This document shows, piece after piece, positions 8,233 to 19,496 of a stretch of DNA of 64,000 nt. Position numbers and translations under genes: made by a program. Source of the stretch: an uncultured Actinomycetota bacterium. GTDB taxonomy: Bacteria > Actinomycetota > Actinomycetes > CAVWCF01. The notes below the pieces were generated by a model that was not told the DNA's origin, made no database searches, and saw only the letters and a list, made by a program, of their open reading frames with translations. The stretch spans positions 384,001 through 448,000 of the forward strand of contig CAVWCF010000001.1 of the NCBI GenBank assembly GCA_963753435.1, written 5' to 3'. Position 1 is the first letter of the stretch. Each line of letters begins with the position of its first letter.

Positions 8233-9314
8233 TGCTGGCTGGCCTGGAACTCCGCCTTGAAGCGCAGGAATTCCTCATAGTCGGCGGTGAACTTGGTTAC
8301 CCCGGCGCCAGGATCGACCGACACGAAGTACAACCAGTCGCCGTCGGCGGGGGCCAGTGCCGCCGCCAACGCCTCCTCGCCGGGTGAGTTGATCGGACCC
8401 GGCGGCAACCCCTTGTTGGCGTAGGTGTTGTACGGGGAGTCGACCTCTAGGTCCTCCAGCGATACGGCCAGTCGGCTGCGATTCAGCGCATAGTTGACGG
8501 TGGAGTCCATTTGCAGCGGGATGCCCTGCTCCAGGCGGTTGTAGATGACTCGAGCCGCCTTGTCGAAGTCCTCCGGGCGCACTTCGGCCTGAATGATGCT
8601 GGCGATGGTCACCACCTCATCAGGAAACAAGCCCAAATTTGCCGCGCCGTCCACCAAATCCACCGTGGTGGCTGCCTGTTCGAACCTCGCCACCGTCGCC
8701 GCCACGATCTGCGCCGCAGTGGCGTCGGTTTCGAACGTGTAGGTCGCCGGGAACACGTAGCCCTCCGGATTGCCGCCTGCGTACGGCGGCAACGGCAGTC
8801 CCGGATCGGCCAGCGCCGCTTCGAACTGCGAGGCGGGCAGCCCGGTCTCGCGCGCCATGATCTCGATCGATTCGGCCAGCCGCAGGCCCTCCGGCAGCGC
8901 GACCCGGAACTGGACTCGGGCCGACGGGTCCAGCAGGCGCTGCACCGCCCCGGCACCGGACATCTGCAACTTCATCGAGTACCGACCGGGCCCGATGCTG
9001 AGAGCTGCTGGATCGGCCTCCGCAGCAGTCACGAATGCCTCACGCGAGGCCACGACGTCTGCAGCGGTGAGCGTCTCCCCCATCGCCGACAGCGAATCGC
9101 CCGGATTGATCTCGACTGTGACCTCGCCGCTGCCCGGACCCGGGTAGTCACCCGGTTGCGCTACCAGCGTTCGAATGCCGAGCACCAAGCCAATCCCCAC
9201 GGCCACCAGCAGGCCAAGGGCAACCAGCAGCGCCACCGCAGCACGGCCCGATTGCCCGGGCTTTCGGCTTGAACTGCCGAAGCCCCCGTCGGGCACCCCC
9301 GGATCGTTGGTCAC
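8229..9314 (-). CDS. mltG: endolytic transglycosylase MltG
   Basis: N-terminal TM helix, PEGLR, EGYVFPATY, ASIIQAE, LQMDST, SPYNTY..GLPPGPI. Confidence 0.95.
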   Translation of the reverse strand: MTNDPGVPDGGFGSSSRKPGQSGRAAVALLVALGLLVAVGIGLVLGIRTLVAQPGDYPGPGSGEVTVEINPGDSLSAMGETLTAADVVASREAFVTAAEADPAALSIGPGRYSMKLQMSGAGAVQRLLDPSARVQFRVALPEGLRLAESIEIMARETGLPASQFEAALADPGLPLPPYAGGNPEGYVFPATYTFETDATAAQIVAATVARFEQAATTVDLVDGAANLGLFPDEVVTIASIIQAEVRPEDFDKAARVIYNRLEQGIPLQMDSTVNYALNRSRLAVSLEDLEVDSPYNTYANKGLPPGPINSPGEEALAAALAPADGDWLYFVSVDPGAGVTKFTADYEEFLRFKAEFQASQQ

Positions 9315-9784
9315 GTTGCATCCCCGGTTGCGACGAGCTCCCCGGCCGGCGCCCCGGTGCTGCGCTCGATGTCAAGGGCCGAGGTGAGGATCTCCGCGGC
9401 CGCGGCGGCGTCAATCACCTGCCGAGATCGGGTGCGCCCCGTAGTCCCGCGGACTCCGGCCTCGCGTAACGAGCGCGAGGCTGCCGCTGTCGTCAGCCGC
9501 TCATCCACCAGACGCACCGGCACCGGGCGGATCGCTACGGCCAGTTCAGCCGCGAACGCCCGCGCCTGTTCCGCAGCCGGGCCTTCGGCTCCCGCCAACG
9601 TCAGGGGCAGACCCACCACGACCTCCAAACACTCTCGCTCCGCCACTTCGAGCTGAATCTGCGTCAGAGCAGTCTCAAGCGCAACCGAACGCACCGGGAG
9701 CACCACTGCGGCAGACGCGTCGCTGGCAGCCAATCCGACTCGCGCACGACCGAAGTCGACACCGAGTCGCACCCCGTTGCGCAT
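9311..9784 (-). CDS. ruvX: Holliday junction resolvase-like RuvX/YqgF
   Basis: LGVDFGRARVGLA, VVGLP, VDERLTT, IDAAAA. Confidence 0.93.
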   Translation of the reverse strand: MRNGVRLGVDFGRARVGLAASDASAAVVLPVRSVALETALTQIQLEVAERECLEVVVGLPLTLAGAEGPAAEQARAFAAELAVAIRPVPVRLVDERLTTAAASRSLREAGVRGTTGRTRSRQVIDAAAAAEILTSALDIERSTGAPAGELVATGDAT

Positions 9785-12441
9785 CAGCCCGCGGCCAGCA
9801 CTGCCTCGACCCGCGCCAGCGCCTCGGCCGCCTTGGACGGGTCGCTCCCGCCCCCCTGGGCCACGTCGGGCTTGCCGCCACCGCCGCCACCCAACACGGT
9901 CGCCGCCTCCCGAACCAGAGCTCCGGCCGCAGCGCCGGCGGCCCTGGCTGACTCAGTCGTGGCGATGACCACCACGGGCTTGCCATCGGCGTCCCCGATA
10001 CCGGCCACCACCGCCGCCTCAGCCTCCAACCGCCCCCGCACTTCGAGCACAAACCTGCGTACGTCATCACCGGTCGCGCCGGGAAGGACGGTCCCCACGA
10101 ACCGGTACGGACCTACGTCCCGGGCGCCGTTGGCCGCATCGGCCACCCCCGCAAGCAACTGACGCGCACGCACGGCGGCCAGTTCCCGCTCACCCTGCTT
10201 CACCTTGCCCAGCAAGGCGTCCACTCGGTCCGGTAGATCCCCGCTGGGCGCCTTCAGCAATTCCGAAAGCTGCGCCACGATCGCGTGCTCCTTGGCCAGG
10301 AACCGGTACGCATCGGTACCAACCAGCGCCTCCACCCGGCGGACTCCAGCCCCAATGGACGATTCGCCGAGGAGGGTGATCAACCCCAACTGCGCGGTCC
10401 GATGCACATGCGTGCCACCGCACAGTTCCCGGGCCCAATCACCCACGCTCACGACGCGCACCTCGTTGCCGTACTTCTCACCGAACAGCGCCATGGCGCC
10501 GGACTCGCGCGCCGCGTCCTGGGTCATGTACTCCGCGGTTACCGCCAGGTCGTCGGCGAGCAGTTCGTTGACACGCTGCTCCACGTCCGCCAGGGCAGCC
10601 GGGGGCACTGGCCCCGAGGCCGCGAAGTCGAACCGGAACCGGCCAGGCGCGTTCTCCGAGCCCGCTTGGGTGGCGGTCTCCCCCAGGGCTTCCCGGAACG
10701 CTTTGTGGACCATGTGGGTGGCCGTGTGCGAGCGCGAAATCGCATGGCGGCGGTCGGTGTCGATCTGCGCGTGCACGGTTTCGGCGGCTACGACCTGACC
10801 GCTGAGCACCCGACCCCGGTGCACGGTCAAACCGGGCAGGGGCGCCTGGGTGTCCCGCACTTCAACGACGCCGTGGGCACAAGTCAAAGTGCCGCTGTCG
10901 GCCAACTGGCCGCCACCTTCGGCATAGAAAGGAGTCCGGTCGAGTACCACCTCGACCTCATCACCCTCGGCCGCGACGGCCACAGATGCACCGTCCACCA
11001 GCAGGGCGAGGATGGTCGCCTCGGCCTGGCCGGTTTCGTAGCCGAGGAACTGCACGGGCCCGGCCACGTCCGCCAACGCCCGGTAGGCAGACAGGTCCGT
11101 GTGACCGGTCCGTTTCGCGGCCGCGTCGGCTTTGGCGCGATCCCGTTGCTCGGCCATCAGACGAGTGAAGCCGTCCCGATCCACCTCCAGCCCCTGCTCC
11201 GCGGCCATTTCGATGGTCAAGTCGATCGGGAAGCCGAACGTGTCGTGCAGCTGGAACGCCTGCGCACCACCGAGCCGGGTGCCGCCGGCACCACGGACCT
11301 CGGCCACCGCTGTGTCCAGGAGGGTGGTGCCGTTGCGCAACGTGGCCAGGAAGGACTCCTCCTCGGCCTCGGCGACCCCGTAGATGCGCGCGGCGTCGGC
11401 GACCAACTCCGGGTACTGCGGGCCCATCGCCGTGATCGTCGCGTCCACAAGCCCGGCGATGCTGCGGCCATCGGCGCCCAGCAGGCGCATAGAGCGAATC
11501 ACGCGACGCAGGATTCGGCGCAGCACGTAGCCGCGACCCTCGTTGCCGGGGACAACCCCGTCACCGATCAGCATGACGGCGGTGCGGGCGTGATCGGCGA
11601 CCACTCGCAACCGGACGTCGTCGTCCGGGTCGGCGTGGTAGCGACGGGAGGTGAGTTCGCTGGCCCGATCCAGGATCAATCGGGTCGTGTCGATCTCGTA
11701 GATGTTGTCGACGCCCTGCAGAACCGCGGCCATCCGCTCCAGGCCCAGTCCGGTGTCCACACTCGGCGCGGGCAACTCCCCCTCGATCGGGTAGTCCTCC
11801 TTGCCCTGCCCGGCGCCGCGAATGAACTGCATGAAGACGAGGTTCCAGACCTCCAAGTACCGGTCCTCGTCCACGATCGGCCCGCCTTCAGGGCCGTAGT
11901 CCGGGCCGCGGTCGTAGTAGATCTCCGAACACGGACCACAGGGACCCGGAACGCCCATCGACCAGAAATTGTCCGCCTTGCCGCGCCGCTGGATCCGTTC
12001 CGCGGGCAGGCCCACGCGCTCCTGCCAGATCTGCGCAGACTCATCGTCATCGTGGTAGACGGTGACCCACAGCCGATCCTCGGGAATCCCGTAGCCCCCG
12101 TCTGCGACGGAATCGGTCAACAACTCCCAAGCCAGCGGGATCGCGCCCTCCTTGAAGTAGTCCCCGAAGGAGAAGTTCCCGCACATCTGGAAGAACGAGG
12201 CATGACGCGTGGTCTTGCCGACCTCGTCGATGTCCAACGTCCGCACACACTTCTGCACGCTCGTGGCCCGCGGCCACGGCGGCGTGACGTCGCCGAGGAA
12301 ATAGGGCTTGAACGGAACCATTCCCGCGTTGACCAGCAGGAGGGTCGGGTCGTCGGCGATCAGCGACGCCGACTGGACGACCTCGTGATCGCGCTCGGCG
12401 AAGAACTTCAGCCAGCGCCGGCGGATTTCGGCCGACTCCAT
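9784..12441 (-). CDS. alaS: alanine--tRNA ligase
   Basis: [57 protein letters not shown]. Confidence 0.98.
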   Translation of the reverse strand: MESAEIRRRWLKFFAERDHEVVQSASLIADDPTLLLVNAGMVPFKPYFLGDVTPPWPRATSVQKCVRTLDIDEVGKTTRHASFFQMCGNFSFGDYFKEGAIPLAWELLTDSVADGGYGIPEDRLWVTVYHDDDESAQIWQERVGLPAERIQRRGKADNFWSMGVPGPCGPCSEIYYDRGPDYGPEGGPIVDEDRYLEVWNLVFMQFIRGAGQGKEDYPIEGELPAPSVDTGLGLERMAAVLQGVDNIYEIDTTRLILDRASELTSRRYHADPDDDVRLRVVADHARTAVMLIGDGVVPGNEGRGYVLRRILRRVIRSMRLLGADGRSIAGLVDATITAMGPQYPELVADAARIYGVAEAEEESFLATLRNGTTLLDTAVAEVRGAGGTRLGGAQAFQLHDTFGFPIDLTIEMAAEQGLEVDRDGFTRLMAEQRDRAKADAAAKRTGHTDLSAYRALADVAGPVQFLGYETGQAEATILALLVDGASVAVAAEGDEVEVVLDRTPFYAEGGGQLADSGTLTCAHGVVEVRDTQAPLPGLTVHRGRVLSGQVVAAETVHAQIDTDRRHAISRSHTATHMVHKAFREALGETATQAGSENAPGRFRFDFAASGPVPPAALADVEQRVNELLADDLAVTAEYMTQDAARESGAMALFGEKYGNEVRVVSVGDWARELCGGTHVHRTAQLGLITLLGESSIGAGVRRVEALVGTDAYRFLAKEHAIVAQLSELLKAPSGDLPDRVDALLGKVKQGERELAAVRARQLLAGVADAANGARDVGPYRFVGTVLPGATGDDVRRFVLEVRGRLEAEAAVVAGIGDADGKPVVVIATTESARAAGAAAGALVREAATVLGGGGGGKPDVAQGGGSDPSKAAEALARVEAVLAAG

Positions 12442-12511
12442 TGGACCCCTACCCGTTCGTCAGTGTGAGTTGCGGAGCCTAGTCCAGCGCGCCGGGACCG
12501 CCCGGGGCCCG

Positions 12512-13846
12512 CTAGTCGTCAGAGTTGGGCTGCAGGAGCGACCGCAACCGCTGCCAGCGCTCCCCCAACTCCGCCTCCGCTCCCCGCCGACCCGGCTCGT
12601 AGTACCGAACGCCGAGCAGTTCGTCGGGGGCGTATTGCTGGGCCACGACACCAGCTGCCGCATCGTGGGGGTACCGATAGTCAGGCGAACTCGAATCAGC
12701 GGACCAGGCCGAGACTGATCCGCGCAGATGCACCGGGATTGGACCGGTCTTGCCGGCACGGACGTCGGTCAACGCGGCATCGACTGCCCGGTAGGCAGAG
12801 TTGGACTTTGGCGCCAGCGCCAGATGCAGGACCGCCTGCGCCAACGGGAGTCGGGCCTCCGGCAACCCCACCATCGCCGCAGCTTCGGCGGCGGCGACCG
12901 CCACCAGCAGTGCGGTCGGATCGGCCAAGCCCACGTCCTCCGAGGCCAGGATGACCAAGCGCCGCGCGATGAACCGCGGGTCCTCTCCCGCATCGATCAT
13001 GCGCGCGAGGTAGTGCAGCGCCGCGTCGGCATCGCTGCCCCGGATGGACTTGATCAAGGCACTGACCACGTCATAGTGGGCGTCGCCGGCGCGGTCATGG
13101 CGCACCTGGGCTCGTTGCACCGCCGTCGCCACATCATCGGCTCCCACAGTCGACCTACCGTCGGCTGCGGCCGCCTGAACTGCGGCGTCCAGCGCCGTCA
13201 AGGCCCATCGCGCATCGCCAGCGGCGGCGCGACCGATCGCCGCGAGGACCTCAGCATCAACCGAGATTTCACCGCCGAATCCAACGTCCGAGTTCACCGC
13301 GCGAACCAGCACCTCGCGTACCTGTTCCGCCGTCAGCGGCACCAGTCCCACCAGAATGGACCGCGACTGCAGCGGTGCGATCACGGACATGTGCGGGTTC
13401 TCGGTGGTCGCCGCCACCAGCGTCACCCAGCCGTTCTCCACAGCCGGAAGGAGGGCGTCTTGCTGGGTGCGGGAGAACCGATGCACCTCGTCGATGAACA
13501 GGACCGTCCCGCGACCTTCGCTGCCGAGCCGTCGGCGGGCCCCGTCGATAGCAGCACGGACCTGCGCGACACCGGAATTGACCGCGGACAGTTCTACGAA
13601 GTGGCGATCAGCAGTGTCGGCGATCAGCATCGCCACCGTCGTCTTCCCCGACCCCGGAGGGCCGTGCAGGATCACCGACAGCGCCGCCTTCGGATCATCG
13701 ATGAGGCGGCGAACCGGAGACCCAGCCGCTAGCAGGTGCTCCTGCCCGATCAACTCGCCAACCGACCGTGGGCGCATCCGCGCGGCAAGGGGCGCCCGGC
13801 TACGAGCGACGTCGTCGCCGGCGACGGTGAACAGGTCCTCGCTCAC
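12512..13846 (-). CDS. rarA: replication-associated recombination protein A (RarA/MgsA)
   Basis: PLAARMRP, GPPGSGKT, LFIDEVHRF, ATTENP, SALIKSIRGSD, ASEDVG, YRYPHD. Confidence 0.95.
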   Translation of the reverse strand: MSEDLFTVAGDDVARSRAPLAARMRPRSVGELIGQEHLLAAGSPVRRLIDDPKAALSVILHGPPGSGKTTVAMLIADTADRHFVELSAVNSGVAQVRAAIDGARRRLGSEGRGTVLFIDEVHRFSRTQQDALLPAVENGWVTLVAATTENPHMSVIAPLQSRSILVGLVPLTAEQVREVLVRAVNSDVGFGGEISVDAEVLAAIGRAAAGDARWALTALDAAVQAAAADGRSTVGADDVATAVQRAQVRHDRAGDAHYDVVSALIKSIRGSDADAALHYLARMIDAGEDPRFIARRLVILASEDVGLADPTALLVAVAAAEAAAMVGLPEARLPLAQAVLHLALAPKSNSAYRAVDAALTDVRAGKTGPIPVHLRGSVSAWSADSSSPDYRYPHDAAAGVVAQQYAPDELLGVRYYEPGRRGAEAELGERWQRLRSLLQPNSDD

Positions 13847-13873
13847 CTGCGGAGGCTATGCCAGGGTTCGGCT

Positions 13874-14641
13874 GTGTTGGAGGTGCTCCGGGACCGGGAA
13901 GCGCTACTTCGCGCCACCGACGGCGACGCCTACGTGCGCTGGAACGTGGATCCGGAGTCCCCCTTGGTGGGCTATCGACGTGATCAGGCGGTCGTTTGGT
14001 CCACCCGAAGCCCGACCCGGGGCCTGCGTTGGCTGTACGCCCTGGGGCCGGCCACGGCAGCGGCCAACCTCGCCGCCGACAGCGTGGACCTGCTTGACGA
14101 ACCGCCCTACGGGCTGACCGCGGCGCGGGACATCGGTGCCGCGTTGCCCGACTCGCTGCGACCGCTGGAACGCGACGAGTGGGACTGGTGGTGGATGGAC
14201 CGCCCGCCCCCCGCGCAACCCGGCGAGGACGCGGCCCAGTGGGAGGAGGACGAGAAAGCGGTGGCGCAGTTCCTCGCCGCGGCCAGTCCCCGACGCTCAG
14301 CTGATCCCGGCGACCCGCACGTACTGCGCTGGTGTTCCATCCGCGACGAGCAGGGCATTGCCGCGTGCGCCGCCGAGTTGCACTACGTACCTGGGGTTCC
14401 CCACCTGGCATCCATTGCGGTTCGGCCGGACCGGCGCGGTGCGGGGCTGGGTGGCGCCGTCACGGCCTGGATCACCCGTCAGATCCTGGCCGCCGAAGCG
14501 CCCGTGGTGACCCTGGGCATGTACGCAGACAACGAACCAGCTCGCCGCGTGTACCGGCGGCTCGGCTATCGGGATGAGCACCACCTGATGTCCGGGCGCA
14601 CGCCCTACGGGGACGTGCGCGCCCAGACCCGTACATCCTGA
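13874..14641 (+). CDS. GNAT family N-acetyltransferase (FR47-like)
   Basis: C-terminal IAVRPDRRGAGLG acetyl-CoA motif and DNEPARRVYRRLGY. Start trimmed to GTG 13874 to avoid overlap with rarA. Confidence 0.8.
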   Translation: MLEVLRDREALLRATDGDAYVRWNVDPESPLVGYRRDQAVVWSTRSPTRGLRWLYALGPATAAANLAADSVDLLDEPPYGLTAARDIGAALPDSLRPLERDEWDWWWMDRPPPAQPGEDAAQWEEDEKAVAQFLAAASPRRSADPGDPHVLRWCSIRDEQGIAACAAELHYVPGVPHLASIAVRPDRRGAGLGGAVTAWITRQILAAEAPVVTLGMYADNEPARRVYRRLGYRDEHHLMSGRTPYGDVRAQTRTS

Positions 14642-14650
14642 ACTGACCGC

Positions 14651-16453
14651 CTAGTTGCGGCGCGTGTCCGGGAGCACCTCATGACCTGGTTCGTTCGGAA
14701 CCGGGGTGGGTTCATCCGCGTCCGGTTCGACGTCGATCCCGGCCTCCAGTCGTTGCTGTGCGGTGATCGGCGTGGGTGCTGCGGTGAGCGGGTCGTAGCC
14801 GGCGCCGGTCTTGGGGAAAGCGATCACCTCACGGATCGAGTCGGCTCCGGACAACAGCATGCAGATGCGGTCCCAGCCGAACGCGATGCCCGCGTGCGGG
14901 GGTGGCCCGTAGCGGAAGGCCTCCAGAAGGAACCCGAACTTGACCTGGGCCTCGGCCTCGGTCAGCCCGATCAAGTCGAAAACCCGCCGCTGCAGGGCGG
15001 CATCATGAATACGTACGGAACCGCCGCCGATCTCGTTGCCGTTGCAGACCAGGTCGTAGGCCTGGGCCAGCGCTCCTTCGGGGTCCGCTTCCAGGCGATC
15101 GGCGTCTTCGGCTATCGGTGCCGTGAACGGGTGGTGCACCGCGGTCCATCCCGTGGTTCCGTCCTCGTGCTCGATCTCCTCGAACATGGGCGCCGCAACA
15201 ACCCACACGAACGACCACTCGTTGGCGTCGATGAGGTCGCAGCGGCGGGCGATCTCCACCCGGGTGGCGCCTAGCAGCCGCTGCACCTCTGCGCGTTTGC
15301 CGGCGCCGAAGAAGGCGCAATCACCCGGCTTGGCGCCAAGCGCATCCGCCAAACCGGACCGCTCGGCATCGGAGAGGTTCTTGGCTACCGGACCGCCGGG
15401 CGTGCCGTCGGCGTCGAACGTCACGTACGCCAACCCCTTCGCCCCGCGCTGCCGAGCCCAGTCCTGCCAGGCGTCGAAGGCGCGACGCGGTTGGTCGCCA
15501 CCGCCGGGCATCACGACGGCACCGACGTGCGGTGCCTGGAACACCCGGAAGGTCGTCTCGGCGAAGTAGTCGGTCAGGTCCACCAGCTCGCAGCCGAAAC
15601 GCAGGTCAGGCTTGTCGGATCCGTACCGGGACATGGCATCGGCGAACGTCAGGTGCGGAATCTCCGGGATCTCGTAGTCCAGTACTCCCGACCACAGCGA
15701 CCGGACTACCTCTTCGCCGACCGCCATGACGTCGTCGCCGTCGACGAAGGACATCTCGATGTCCAGTTGGGTGAACTCCGGCTGCCGATCAGCACGGAAG
15801 TCCTCGTCGCGATAGCAGCGGGCGATCTGGTAGTAGCGCTCCATTCCCGCGACCATCAGCAGTTGCTTGAACAGTTGCGGCGATTGCGGCAGCGCGTACC
15901 AGTGACCTGGCTGCAGGCGGACGGGAACGAGGAAGTCGCGGGCGCCCTCGGGGGTTGAACGCGTCAACGTGGGCGTTTCGATCTCCACGAAATCGTGCCG
16001 GTGCAGCACCTCTCGAGCCAGTCGATTCACCTCGGAGCGCATGCGCAGGGCGTTACCAGGCTGGGACCGGCGCAGGTCCAGGTAGCGCCACCGCAGCCGC
16101 GCCTCCTCGCCGACCTCCAACTCGTCCTCGACCTGGAACGGCAACGCCTCCGCGGTCGACAGGACCACCACCTGCTCGGCGATCACTTCGACCGCACCGG
16201 TGCTGAGGTTGGGGTTCTCGTTGCCCTCGGGGCGACGGCGAACCGCGCCAACCACCTTTAGGCAGAACTCGTTGCGCAGGCCGTGGGCGACATCGGGGTC
16301 GCGAACCACAACCTGGGCTAATCCGGACGAGTCACGGAGGTCCAAGAAGGCGACGCCGCCGTGGTCACGCCGGCGAGCAACCCAGCCGGCCAAAGTCACC
16401 GTCGTTTCGACGTCCTCGGCCCGCAAACTGCCTGCCTGTCGAGTGCGGATCAC
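14651..16453 (-). CDS. aspS: aspartate--tRNA ligase
   Basis: [70 protein letters not shown] 16453 overlaps the hisS stop. Confidence 0.97.
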   Translation of the reverse strand: MIRTRQAGSLRAEDVETTVTLAGWVARRRDHGGVAFLDLRDSSGLAQVVVRDPDVAHGLRNEFCLKVVGAVRRRPEGNENPNLSTGAVEVIAEQVVVLSTAEALPFQVEDELEVGEEARLRWRYLDLRRSQPGNALRMRSEVNRLAREVLHRHDFVEIETPTLTRSTPEGARDFLVPVRLQPGHWYALPQSPQLFKQLLMVAGMERYYQIARCYRDEDFRADRQPEFTQLDIEMSFVDGDDVMAVGEEVVRSLWSGVLDYEIPEIPHLTFADAMSRYGSDKPDLRFGCELVDLTDYFAETTFRVFQAPHVGAVVMPGGGDQPRRAFDAWQDWARQRGAKGLAYVTFDADGTPGGPVAKNLSDAERSGLADALGAKPGDCAFFGAGKRAEVQRLLGATRVEIARRCDLIDANEWSFVWVVAAPMFEEIEHEDGTTGWTAVHHPFTAPIAEDADRLEADPEGALAQAYDLVCNGNEIGGGSVRIHDAALQRRVFDLIGLTEAEAQVKFGFLLEAFRYGPPPHAGIAFGWDRICMLLSGADSIREVIAFPKTGAGYDPLTAAPTPITAQQRLEAGIDVEPDADEPTPVPNEPGHEVLPDTRRN

Positions 16454-17709
16454 GCCAACGCCTCCTGAATGGTCGCTACCACTGCTGTGCGGGCACAGGC
16501 TTGCTGTTCGCCTGTGGTCATGTCCTTGATTTGCACCAGGCCCTCGGCCAAGTCCCGGTCGCCGATGATCAGCGCCCATCGGGCCCCGGAGCGGTCCGCA
16601 GCCTTCATGGATCCCTTCAAGCCCCGCCCGGCCGGGGCCAAGTCACTGCTGATGCCGGCCCGGCGCAGGGCCGTGACGTGCTCGAACACCTCACGGTGAG
16701 CGTCGGCACTGAGCCCGACACCGAACACTGCGCAAACCGGTTCCGCACCGATGCTGAGCCCCTCGGCGGCCACCGCCAGCGCGGTTCGCTCAACACCCAG
16801 GGCGAATCCGACTGACGGCAACGGCGGTCCCCCGATCGCTTCGGACAACCCGTCGTAGCGGCCACCGCCGCCGATCGCCGATTGCGAACCAAGCCCATCG
16901 TGGACGAACTCGAACGCAGTCCGGGTGTAGTAGTCCAAGCCCCGGACCAGTCGCGGCGCCTCTTCCCAGGCGACCCCAATGTCCGTTAGGTATTGACGCA
17001 CTTCGTCGTAGTGGCGTCGGCTGTCGTCGCTCAGGTAGTCGGGCAGCAACGGAGCCGCGGCCAACTGCGCCTGCACTTCAGGTCGCTTGTCGTCCAGCAC
17101 CCGAAGCGGGTTCAACTCCGCGCGCTTGCGGGTTGCTTCGTCGAGGTCCAGCCCCTGCAAGTAGGTCACAAGAGCTTTCCGGTACGCCGGCCGGTCGGAG
17201 GAATCGCCCAGACTGTTGAGCAGCAACCGCACCTGGCTCAGGCCCAAGTCCGTGAACGCGTCGGCGGCCAAGCCGATGAGTTCGGCGTCGACCGCCGGAT
17301 CCTCCGTGCCGAGGGCCTCGGCCCCGACCTGGGAGAAGTGACGGAATCGGCCAGCTTGTGGCCGTTCGTACCGGAAGAAGGGTCCGGAGTACCAAACCTT
17401 GACGGGTAGGGCGCCCCGATGCAGCCCGTGCTGAACGGCGGCGCGGACAACCGATGCCGTCCCTTCCGGCCGCAGTGTCACCTCGTCGCCGCCCTTGGTG
17501 GTGAACGAGTACATCTCCTTGCTCACCACATCGGTGGAGCCGCCGACGCCGCGGACGAACAGGTCCGTCTCTTCGAAGACCGGCGTTTCCATATAGGCGT
17601 AGCCGGCCCGCTGGACCGGGGCGGCCAAAGCCTCACGCAGCCGGATCAGGCTTTCACCCTCTGGGGGCAGGACGTCGAATGTGCCCTTCGGCGCTCGGAC
17701 TCCGGTCAT
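16450..17709 (-). CDS. hisS: histidine--tRNA ligase
   Basis: [37 protein letters not shown]. Confidence 0.97.
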   Translation of the reverse strand: MTGVRAPKGTFDVLPPEGESLIRLREALAAPVQRAGYAYMETPVFEETDLFVRGVGGSTDVVSKEMYSFTTKGGDEVTLRPEGTASVVRAAVQHGLHRGALPVKVWYSGPFFRYERPQAGRFRHFSQVGAEALGTEDPAVDAELIGLAADAFTDLGLSQVRLLLNSLGDSSDRPAYRKALVTYLQGLDLDEATRKRAELNPLRVLDDKRPEVQAQLAAAPLLPDYLSDDSRRHYDEVRQYLTDIGVAWEEAPRLVRGLDYYTRTAFEFVHDGLGSQSAIGGGGRYDGLSEAIGGPPLPSVGFALGVERTALAVAAEGLSIGAEPVCAVFGVGLSADAHREVFEHVTALRRAGISSDLAPAGRGLKGSMKAADRSGARWALIIGDRDLAEGLVQIKDMTTGEQQACARTAVVATIQEALA

Positions 17710-17781
17710 CTAGTGGTCCCGGAGCAAGCGACGCAACTTTGGCGATGAGCAGTCCAATGCCTGGCAGCGAGGCGCGCGCAC

Positions 17782-18480
17782 TTAGAGGCCCCGGGCCGGC
17801 GGCGCGGAGGTGGCGCCCCTGGCGGCTTCAGCCAGGAACGGGTTGGTGGCTCGCTCGGCCCCGATCGTGGTCGTTGGGCCGTGCCCCGGCAGCACGACCG
17901 TGTCGTCGGCCAACGGCAGGCACTTGTCCGCGAGGCTGCGCATCATCGCCTCGGGGGAACCCCCGGGCAGATCCGTACGCCCGATGCTGCCCGCAAACAA
18001 CACGTCACCGGAGAGCAGGGTGGGCTCACCGTCGTTGTCGACATGGAACATGACCGAGCCCGGAGTGTGTCCGGGCGCGTGATCGACGAGCAGGTCGAGG
18101 CCGGCCAGGGAGATGGTCGCGGCGTCTTCCAGGCGGCGGACGTCGTCCGGCTCGCTCCAATTCAGCCGACCTCCGAAGAAGTCCTTGGTTTGTTGCGACA
18201 GCCCCTTCATCGGATCAACCAAGAGCTCGGCATCGTCTCCGTGGATGTATGCCGGGATGCCTTTGGCACCACAGACCGGGGTTACCGAGAACGTGTGGTC
18301 GATGTGGCCGTGCGTCAGCAGGACCGCGGCTGGCTGCAGCCGATGGCGCTGGAGCACCTCCTCCAACGCATCGCTGACATCGACGCCCGGGTCGACGACC
18401 AGGCACTCCGAACCCGGGCCCGGTGCGATCACGTAACAGTTGGTCGCGAAAGCCGCGGCCGGGAACCCGACGACGAGCAC
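17782..18480 (-). CDS. MBL-fold metallo-hydrolase (glyoxalase II-like)
   Basis: THGHIDH, PGHTPG, SGDVLF, GRTDLPGG, PGHG. GTG 18480 is 8 nt after AGGAGG. Confidence 0.92.
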   Translation of the reverse strand: MLVVGFPAAAFATNCYVIAPGPGSECLVVDPGVDVSDALEEVLQRHRLQPAAVLLTHGHIDHTFSVTPVCGAKGIPAYIHGDDAELLVDPMKGLSQQTKDFFGGRLNWSEPDDVRRLEDAATISLAGLDLLVDHAPGHTPGSVMFHVDNDGEPTLLSGDVLFAGSIGRTDLPGGSPEAMMRSLADKCLPLADDTVVLPGHGPTTTIGAERATNPFLAEAARGATSAPPARGL

Positions 18481-18617
18481 GTGCATTACCTCCTATGGCT
18501 GCGGCGGCCGCGAGCCTACCCAAGTCAACCGGACGGGCCCCAAAGCCCGGATCGGTCGCCACCTACACTGTGGCGCCGATCACAAATCAGGACTGAACCA
18601 GCATCAGAGGGGGCCTG

Positions 18618-19496
18618 GTGACCAGCAGTAAGCGGGAGCGAGAACTCGCCCGTCAGCGGTACGAGCGCAAGCAGGAGCGGCTGCAGGCGGAAGCGCAGCA
18701 GAAGAAGCAGCGTCAACTCGTCGTTGCGATAGTGCTCGCCGTGTTGGCGTTGATCGCCGCGGTCTGGCTCATCGTCAGCCTCGTTTCCGACGACTCAGCC
18801 GACCCGGTGGCACAACCGACCCCCACCCCGACCGCGACCGAGCCGACCCCGACCGCGTCGGCCAACCCGGCGAACTTGCAGTGTGACCCGGCGCCTCCGG
18901 CGCGGGCCGCGGAACCGCAATTCCCTGATGGTCCGGTGGACGTAGCTGTTGACCCTGCTCGCGGCACCTGGGGCTGGTACCTCGACATGACCTGCGGCCT
19001 ACCCGGCGAGGATGGCACCGTCAACAAGCGGGTCACCCTGGAGTTCCTGCCCGAGCAGGCACCCGAGACCGTGAACTCGATGCTGTTCCTGTCCGACCGC
19101 AACCAGTGGTACGACAACTCTGCCTGCCACCGCCTGACCACCGAGGGCATCTTCGTGCTGCAGTGCGGGGACCCGACGCTGACCGGCACCGGCGGTCCCG
19201 GCTACTCCGTGCCTGACGAGAATCTGCCCGGCTCCGACGGTGTCAACTACCCCGCAGGCACTGTGGCGATGGCCAACTCCGGGCCCAACACGAATGGCAG
19301 CCAGTTCTTCCTGGTCTACGAGGACACCACCTTGCCGCCGAACTACACGATCTTCGGGACCATCGTCGAGGGCCTGGACATAATCCAGGCCATCGCGGCC
19401 GCAGGTGTCGAAGGCGGTGGCGTCGACGGCACTCCGGCGCAGCCGGTCGGGTTCACCAAGGTCGTCGGCTACATCACTCAGGAGGTAGCCCAGTGA
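18618..19496 (+). CDS. membrane-anchored cyclophilin-type peptidyl-prolyl isomerase
   Basis: TM helix, CHRL..VLQCGDP..GTGGPGY, AMANSGPNTNGSQFF. Confidence 0.92.
   Translation: MTSSKRERELARQRYERKQERLQAEAQQKKQRQLVVAIVLAVLALIAAVWLIVSLVSDDSADPVAQPTPTPTATEPTPTASANPANLQCDPAPPARAAEPQFPDGPVDVAVDPARGTWGWYLDMTCGLPGEDGTVNKRVTLEFLPEQAPETVNSMLFLSDRNQWYDNSACHRLTTEGIFVLQCGDPTLTGTGGPGYSVPDENLPGSDGVNYPAGTVAMANSGPNTNGSQFFLVYEDTTLPPNYTIFGTIVEGLDIIQAIAAAGVEGGGVDGTPAQPVGFTKVVGYITQEVAQ

Noticed and set aside
10285-12468. Long antisense ORFs (727 aa opposite alaS; also opposite thrS, oleBC, sir, cysG)
   Set aside because: Shadow ORFs expected from high-GC codon bias; no protein motifs.
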